Assembly: GCF_000711695.1 (NCBI RefSeq)
Contig: NW_013547021.1
Span: forward strand, 434,001 to 463,366
Direction: 5' to 3'
Length of the DNA stretch: 29,366 bases
From: Tilletiaria anomala UBC 951
Lineage: Eukaryota
Below the pieces are notes generated by a model. The model was not told the origin of the DNA. It ran no database searches and was given only the letters and a program-made list of their open reading frames with translations. Of this stretch, positions 22,800-29,366 are shown in pieces (the first letter of the stretch is position 1; each line of letters begins with the position of its first letter). The position numbers were made by a program, and so were the translations under genes.

Positions 22800-23403
22800 G
22801 ACATGCTATGAAGGACCGTGTCGCACGCTTGCTGCTTGGGTCCCGGGGGACAGCAACGGTTCAGCGTTTAGCCTGCGGAAAAGGAACATCTGTCCCAAAC
22901 CATCATGAAGCTTCGGATCTGTCGAATGGTGTGAAGGAGCATGTGTGTTCTGTGGCCAGTGTAGGGGTGTGGCGTGGCCTGGCGCGTCGGCGCCTTTCTC
23001 GTTCTGCTTCGTGTTGTACACCACCGTGTCGCGTCATGCTACTCCCTCCCCGAAGATCAGTCTCGAAGAAGTGGCAGATATCCACAAAGGTACTATTACG
23101 TGGCTATGGGCAGAACAAGCCTGTAGGAAGACGTACTGGCACGCTGCCGCTTCCTTATCGCTGATGCTCTGAAAAATGAATACAGATAGACTACACGCTG
23201 TGTGCCAAGCAAGATGTTGTAGGTATCTCGGATGGTATCGCCGGGGTACGGTGCTGGTATCTTTGGGCGTCAAGTGTTACTCTCGCTGTACTAGGAAGAA
23301 TCATCTGGAGAAAATAAAGAACATGACATGTTGCAACTGGCCTATGCGGATGCTGGGTATGGGATGCTGATGTTGTTACTTGAGTAGGAATCGTCGGGTG
23401 GGT

Positions 23404-25195
23404 CTAGATGGAGACACGGGGTGCGGCACCGTGAGCATTGTCGCCGCTGGACTCGTTGTCAACGGGCAACGAAGAGGGATAGACGTGACATGCTGATGCA
23501 TGAATGCTCCATTTGGTGTGGTTGCTCATTGAAATCGTGACCCAGCGTCTGTTTCACAAAAAGGGGAGAGTAGGGGCGCCATTAGGCCGATGTGCTCGCG
23601 GTCCGAAACCAAGGTGACTAGGCACTTACTGGCACGAATGACACTTGCCTTCCATCAGGTCCACTCCTTCTGCAGATGGCCGAAGGACCACTGGTGGCCT
23701 GAAGAGAGTGAGGCTGCGCGGACTGACACCGTGGTGCCTCAGAAGGTGATATCTGTGTGAAATAACAAGCAGCATCGGGTTGAGAATGAGACGGGGAAAG
23801 GACGCGTTTGCGACGAGAGAGAATGGCTCACCTGTACGACGAGTTCTTTAGGTGCAGCCAGCCCGGGTGCTTAGGGTCGCTCGCATCGCACAAGCCGCAC
23901 CAGGCCTCCTTGCTACCTTTCAAGCCGGTGGACGATTTCTTCCCGCCGAGCCTTGCCGTGCGAACCCAAGCGGGGGTGTACACGTCGCCGGCAAACCTGG
24001 CGCCTTGCCTTTCGGGCGAGAGGTACGATGCTGTCGCACGCCGTTGCTCAGCGGGCGGCTCGGATCGCAGACGTCCCAGTGGGTGGATGAAGGGCGCGGG
24101 GAATGTGAGGTTGGTTGCCGGAGTTGAAGATGTACGATCCGGAGCAGGGAGGGGAGGGGATTTGGATGGGGCTGGCGCGCGTGGGGAGGTAATCTCGATT
24201 CCGCTAGGTGAGCACGGCGGATACTGCCAAGGGTCGTAACGGTCGGATGATTGAGGACGATGAATGTGGCGTGGCGGTTCCGAGGCTGGTTCCCGATCGA
24301 GAAGGAAACGCTTTGACGGTGCGGCAACTTCGGACGCTTCTAGAGCCCGCTTGTTGGCTTTTCGCTGCTGTGTGACGGTGGAAGTGCGCGCACGAATCGG
24401 TACCATGCTGTCCATGAGCGACATGGCTTTGTGTTCCTGAAGAGACTGTACTGTTCTCATTGGAGTAGAGCACAGAGAGAGGCCAAGCCCGAGCCCGAGC
24501 CCAAGCCCAAGCCCGAATTCCGCCTTCTCATCACTGGTGACGAGGGCGATCGAGTTGCGCCTGGCGGGTCCAATCTCGAGCGTATCAGTCGATTCGTCCC
24601 TGGCGCTCGACACGCTTGTGCAGCACGAGAGCGCAGGCGACCAGCTTGGCGACGGCAAGCCCTGGCGCATCCAGTAGGGCATCTCGGCGGTCCGGCTGGC
24701 GCTCAAGAGCGCAAAGGGCAGGTCGCCGCCATACCACGATTCGTAGATGCGCGGAGTCAGTGCATTTCCAAATGTCGAGGGGAATGAGCCTGAGAGGGGC
24801 GAGCGGGGGCTGAACAGATGTGGGGGCGCAAAGGGAGAAAGGTCGTGTGAGGCGACGATCGGCGGGAGGGTGACTGCTGACGCGGATAGGTGGCCGGGGT
24901 CTTGGAGCAAATTAGCTCGGATGGGGTCGATCTTGAGCAAGGGGATCGCGCTGTGACGACGGGCGAAGCGGAGGCTAGGCAAGGATGATAATGATGAAGA
25001 CAGTCCGTCCGGATCTGGTTCTTGCACACGGGGATGAGGCGGATGGCACTCCTCCACGCCGCGCTGACGGTTCGCCTGCATGCTGGATACGCCTGCAATC
25101 TTACTCGACAGAGCATGTGTCGGCTGGAGTGGGGAAAGCTTGAGCTCATGCGGGCGCTTCCGATCCAGGGGCCGCAACAGCGCGTTGGCAGCCAT
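23404..25195 (-). CDS. Rua1 C-terminal domain (DUF4451)-type Cys/His zinc-binding putative transcription regulator; exons 25195-23832, 23752-23630, 23548-23404
   Basis: Spliced C-terminus GDVYTPAWVR...KEAWCGLC...GWLHLKNSSYRYHLLRHHGVS...FRPP...MEGKCHSCQRWV...WSIHASACH matches the family pattern as I recall it. The N-terminus is Pro/Ser-rich and low complexity. Confidence 0.82.
24480..24514 (-). repeat. Imperfect hexamer repeat encoding (Gly-Leu)n within the Rua1-like CDS
   Basis: Plus strand aggccaagcccgagcccgagcccaagcccaagccc, giving GLGLGLGLGLGL. Confidence 0.85.
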
Positions 25196-26555
25196 GCTTG
25201 ATCAGGGATGGATTCGAAAGTTGTGCGCGGAGGGACGATAGTATGTGAACGGGTCAGGGCAGCTGCAGCGTCTAAAGCACCACGACATCGGATGTGAAGG
25301 GAAGAGACGCGGAGCAAGAAGTGGAATCCACTGCGACAGGGAAGGGCCTTCGAGCACCTGATTATAAAGGCATCCGACACACAATGTTAGAGAATCGTCG
25401 CTGAGATTACTTGTCCAGGTAGTGCGATCGCGGAGATGCGGACGATGCTCTTTCATTGGGGGAGAGGAGATCCATGCGGAGAGCATAGCCCTATGGCATA
25501 GCCTGCCAATAGGGGTGCTGCGCAGGACGAAGGGCTAAGCGACGTCATCTAGATGTAGGCGTATAGTGTGACCATGTGACATTTGCAGTCATGCTTGCGC
25601 AACAGGATTGTGTTCCTCGACCTGGATGGCATCTATTTTTTTTTCGGAGGCGTCTCTGCAGATCACGGTCAAAGGTGTCAGAGCATGTCACAGAGCCCAG
25701 TGCAGATCCAATCGTAAATCGATTAGCGTCCTTGAACAGTGCTTGGGGGAGATTCTGCGAAGACTGGAAAGAAGAGAGAAGGAACGTTGTTCTTTGCGCC
25801 TCGATACCCTACGGAGGAGAGGAAGATCACGGGTGTATATGACTCGTTGACACCCGTGCCACGAAAGACCACGAAAGTGGAGAGGGAGAGGTGGAGGGAA
25901 AAAGAGGGCAATACCCCATTACAGCGATGAGGGCGAGATGATGTGTGGCGTCCCCTTCTGCAGGGGGATGCACGCATGCGACCTGCAAAGTGCCACAGGC
26001 AACGAACCAAACTAGCGGGCACTGAGGGAGAGCAGCGGCTGGCGCACGACCTCTTTTTCTTTCCGGGAAGCCCTGGTTCAGATGCACCCATCAAAGTCTC
26101 CTGGTCGCTCGTGCATGGTACATCTATGTACGTACTTGCGATGGTCAACAAGCGTCTTCCTTCCGTTGCACGCCTGCCCCTGCGAAGGGAGGTATTGGAG
26201 GAGAATAGCAGCGATGCGCTAGGCTACTTGGTGGTCACCAGTTTCGCGGCGGCGGTTAATAGCAGAAAGCCATCTGTGGTTGCTTGGTGTGCTGCGTGGA
26301 GACGAGAGGCCAAGGACACCACTGGACACGGTGCTCGTGATTGTATGGTGTGCCTGGACCCTTGTGGACTCGGGCTCTTTGCAACCCAGAAAAACCCTAA
26401 CCCTTTCGCTTTCGATGCATGGGTGCGCATCTCAAGAAAAGTCGCCGATCATGTTTTGTACTGAGCAGTAGCAGCACGGCCGGGCACTGCAACAGCTATC
26501 CGCATTCATTCACCCACTTGCACCTTTTCAAAAAGAAAGAAAGAGCGACGCCGCG

Positions 26556-26565
26556 ATCACGTGAT
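26556..26565. promoter_or_regulatory. Palindromic E-box ATCACGTGAT upstream of the CENP-W-like gene
   Basis: Perfect 10-bp palindrome of the Cbf1/SREBP-type bHLH site, about 255 bp upstream of ATG 26821. Confidence 0.4.
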
Positions 26566-26820
26566 GCAAGCTTGCGACACGACCCCGCCTGACATTGCAC
26601 GCCCGCGCGCGCCTGAAATCCGACGCCAACGTCCTTCCTAGACTTGCTCCTCTCCACGTTTGTTTGCACCCGGCGGACGGCCTTCAACGCGCTGCACGAC
26701 GTCCTGCTCACCCGCTCACTTCACACCAATACCATCCATAGCTACTCGGGCGTACACGCTCAACATTACCAGCCCCAGTCTTAAACCTGGCCAGGCCAGC
26801 TCGACGGCAGGAGCGGCAAG

Positions 26821-27075
26821 ATGCGCACATACCCGCGCGCAACGCTGAAGCGCCTTGTGCGTGCGCACCTGCGCTCCAAGGCGCAGCCGGCGCAGCTGAG
26901 CGCCCGGGCAGACCTGTATATTTACCTCGCATGGGTCGTCTTCCTCCGGCGCCTCGCGCGCGAGAGCATCGTCGCGATGCAGATGGACGCCGACGTCGGC
27001 GTCGCGGCGAGTACGCGCACCATGGCACAGCGGCACGTGCGCTGCGCCGCGCGCCGGCTCGCAAGCCTCAAGTGA
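26821..27075 (+). CDS. WIP1: CENP-W/Wip1-like histone-fold inner-kinetochore protein (84 aa)
   Basis: YPRATLKRLVRAH...LSARADLYIYLAWVVFLRRLARES...QRHVRCAAR follows the CENP-W pattern (PR..LKR+.K...L...+DLL+.L..++F+.RLA.ES...HV..AA). Size and basic character also fit. Confidence 0.78.
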   Translation: MRTYPRATLKRLVRAHLRSKAQPAQLSARADLYIYLAWVVFLRRLARESIVAMQMDADVGVAASTRTMAQRHVRCAARRLASLK

Positions 27076-27954
27076 AGACTTGGTCAGTGGGAAGGCGAGC
27101 GAGGTGCGCGACGCGATGCGGCACTACAAGGCAGGGATGGCGCGGCGGAGAGAGCGACGCTATTGATTTGGAGCCGGGAACGCGGGTGCAAGAAACACTC
27201 GTCGGGGGATCCCCGCAGGAAGCACAGCTTTTCAGCCTGCAGACTCGATAGCACACAAAGTCAAACGATTCGCAGCTTCATCGCCCCGATCGGTAGCGAC
27301 TATCGCAGGACGTACACGATCACTTCACCTGGCGTCACTCGAGCAGCAAGCAGAACGCCTCGCCTGGACTCGACGTGCTCGAAAGCAGGGCACGCCTCAA
27401 CACTCCCACATGTCCACGCAGTGCAGCTGTCCTATCGCACGGGGACAAACGCTTAAGCCGCGGCTCTAGCCCACGACCGCATACACGCAGATGCAGATGG
27501 GGCTACCACCTTCCGTCGCTCTGAGCCTGCGTCTGCCTGCGCACCTGCCGACCGGGGCACTCCTGACAGCAGCATATCGCGGACGGGACACCGCACGACG
27601 GGCAGGCCGGGGCGGGGCGTACTGCGCGGTGGAGCGCTGCAACGTTTTGGTTTCGAGGTTGCGCCGGGACTTTTGCGCGCTGTAGATGGAGGGCGGGGGT
27701 CGTTCTGCAACGACGCAGGGGGGCGGCCGGTATCGAGCGGCAGCAGCTGCTACTATGTTCCCTATGTATCCAATAATAGTCTGGTGCGATGGCGCTCCAC
27801 TGTGCATGCGCCGCTCTGTCACCGCGAGCGCTAAAGCAAGGCGGCGATTGTCATTTTGCAACGGTGTGGTACATACTTAGCGATCACTTGTTCACGCGGG
27901 GGGTCTGTGTCTATGTAGCGCTAGCATGTGCCTTGTGCCGGCAGTCCTTGCTCC

Positions 27955-28620
27955 TCATTCTTCTTTCTGCTCGTTGATAACGGCGGCGATGCACTCGACT
28001 TCGACGGCGACGTCGAACGGCAGGCGGGCGACCTCGACGGCAGAGCGCGCTGGTTTGTAGGGCGCAAACATCTGTCCCGGGGCCAAGGGTGTGAAGTCAG
28101 CGCAAGCTTTTCTCATCACTGGAGGCTGCAGGCGGCGGGCTCTCACCTTTTCATAGACGGCATTGACGCGCTGAAAGTGGTTCATGTCCTTGAGGAAGAC
28201 GGTGGTCTTGAGCACGCTGTTGCGGTCGGCGCCGGCGGCGCGCAGTACGGCGAAGAGGTTAGAAAGGGCCTGCTGGGTCTGCGCCTCGATGGCGCCGGGT
28301 GCGTCGCTGGGGGCGCCGCCGTCAACGATGCGCATGGTCGCGGGGTCAAAGGGGACGCAGCCGCTAATGAACGCGAGCCCGTTGTGCACGACAGCCTGCG
28401 AGTACGGGCCCAGTGCGGCGGGCGCGTCGGTCGAGGCGCATGTCTTGTAGACTGGTGCGGGTGCGGACGAGGACATGGTGTGTGAGGCTCTGCTGAACGC
28501 CGACTGCTGCTTCTGCGGGAGGTGAGCTGTGCGGGCGCGGACGAGTGCGGTGCTGCTGCTGCTGCTGGCCAACGGCGACAAGAGGCGGAGGGCACGTGGT
28601 CGGAGACGGTGTGCGAGCAT
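27955..28620 (-). CDS. MMF1: RidA/YjgF/UK114-family enamine/imine deaminase (Mmf1/Hmf1-like) with N-terminal mitochondrial presequence; exons 28620-28147, 28071-27955
   Basis: Motifs APAALGPYSQAV, FISGCVP, QTQQALSNL, VLKTTVFLKDMNHFQRVNAVY, KPARSAVEVARLP and VEVECIA. There is a 75-nt GTGAGA...CAG intron. The leader is Arg/Ser/Leu-rich with no acidic residues. The ORF-track start at 28680 is TTG, so the first ATG is 28620. Confidence 0.93.
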   Translation of the reverse strand: MLAHRLRPRALRLLSPLASSSSSTALVRARTAHLPQKQQSAFSRASHTMSSSAPAPVYKTCASTDAPAALGPYSQAVVHNGLAFISGCVPFDPATMRIVDGGAPSDAPGAIEAQTQQALSNLFAVLRAAGADRNSVLKTTVFLKDMNHFQRVNAVYEKVRARRLQPPVMRKACADFTPLAPGQMFAPYKPARSAVEVARLPFDVAVEVECIAAVINEQKEE

Positions 28621-28965
28621 GTGCTGCTGCTGCTGTATAGCAAGGATATGTGTGTGTGGCGATGCCCCTCTTCTGTGCAAGGATGACTAAGAAAGGGAGA
28701 TGAGATGAAATGAAATGGATTCCATTCCAAACCACGTGGAATATACACGGAAGAGAAGCACAGAGGCGATTATGGGCGGGGATGATCCGTGGCAATGGGC
28801 AAAGGGGCCAGGTGGGCACGGCGCCAGTCTTTCTTACCCGTTAATACCCACCCACCTGATCACCGCCTCACCACCACCAACTAAGCCGCGTGGATGAAAG
28901 GAGATGCATGCATCCTGCTGGGTTAACACTCCGCCAGCTCTGCCAGACGGGGTGCTCGAGAGAGC

Positions 28966-28998
28966 GTGTGTGTGTGCGTGTGTATGTGTTCTGGTGTG
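28966..28998. repeat. Imperfect (GT)n microsatellite in the RidA/PQ-loop divergent spacer
   Basis: gtgtgtgtgtgcgtgtgtatgtgttctggtgtg. Confidence 0.65.
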
Positions 28999-29127
28999 TC
29001 AGGATACCCATGGACGAGCTCGCGCGCCTGGTGTAGCTAGCATCCCCGCAGGGAGACGCGGTTCTCTTGGCTGCACATTCCATCCTCGTGCGCCAGGCCT
29101 TGGAGCAACTCACCGCCCTCGTCGACG

Positions 29128-29366
29128 ATGGCGGTGATGATGATCGCGATGGCCAGCCGGCAGGCGATCTCCGATTGGACCGGCACCGCCAGCTTTACGG
29201 TCTGGCTCTTTGCTCAGTCTCCGTGCGTGTCTCAGTACGTGTCTCGTTCTACCGCTGGGCTCCTGCTGATGCTTCGTGTATGCCAGCCAGGCAGATCCTC
29301 GAAAACCATCACCGCCAGAGCGTAGACGGGCTCAGCGGCCTCTTTCTCGCCCAGTGGATGCTCGGC
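29128..29366 (+). CDS. PQ-loop family membrane transporter (Ypq/PQLC2-like), 3'-partial; exon 29128-29222, intron 29223-29290, exon 29291 to window end
   Basis: Spliced: ISDWTGTASFTVWLFAQSP|QILENHHRQSVDGLSGLFLAQWMLG, a canonical first PQ-loop (PQI.EN....S.DGLS..FL..W). The start could be 29128, 29137, 29140 or 29149. Confidence 0.85.

Noticed and set aside
25943..26464. 173-aa plus-strand ORF in the divergent spacer
   Set aside because: GTG start and no recognisable domain or coding-like composition.
27049..27165. Possible spliced alternative C-terminus for the CENP-W-like protein (VRDAMRHYKAG)
   Set aside because: It would need a GCGCGC donor and a GAG acceptor, both poor, with no clear branch site. 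Only cDNA could rescue it.
27880..27957. Cryptic peroxisomal signals by stop readthrough, as known in Ustilago
   Set aside because: None of the nine stop codons visible has the TGA-CTA context, and the extensions I read (OPI3, RPN9, SWD2, RidA) do not end in an SKL-like tripeptide.
1..29366. A functional gene cluster or novel multi-gene system
   Set aside because: The genes belong to unrelated housekeeping pathways. There is no backbone biosynthetic enzyme, repeat array, mobile-element gene or mating-type gene that I can recognise.

Overview
Intron-containing eukaryotic DNA from a fungus, most likely a basidiomycete and possibly Ustilaginomycotina. That placement is inferred from protein style, short 65-180 nt introns and high GC, not proven. 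Ten protein-coding genes can be reconstructed by reading splice sites by eye: a 5'-truncated Ran1/Pat1-family kinase (+), OPI3 phospholipid methyltransferase (-), proteasome lid subunit RPN9 (+), a Stealth-family Xpt1-like sugar-phosphotransferase (-), a WDR44-like WD40 protein (+), SWD2/WDR82 (-), a Rua1/DUF4451-type zinc-binding regulator (-), a small CENP-W/Wip1-like histone-fold protein (+), a RidA/Mmf1 deaminase (-) and the 5' end of a PQ-loop transporter (+). I see no supportable tRNA, rRNA, CRISPR array, intact mobile element or biosynthetic cluster, and no convincing new multi-gene system. The points most worth checking are the easily missed CENP-W-like gene, a perfect 14-bp hairpin plus a GC-donor intron in OPI3, in-frame ORFs joined by TAG-ATG junctions upstream of the WD40 gene, a probable dual-start RidA, and about 4 kb of unexplained intergenic DNA containing an MCB-like motif cluster.
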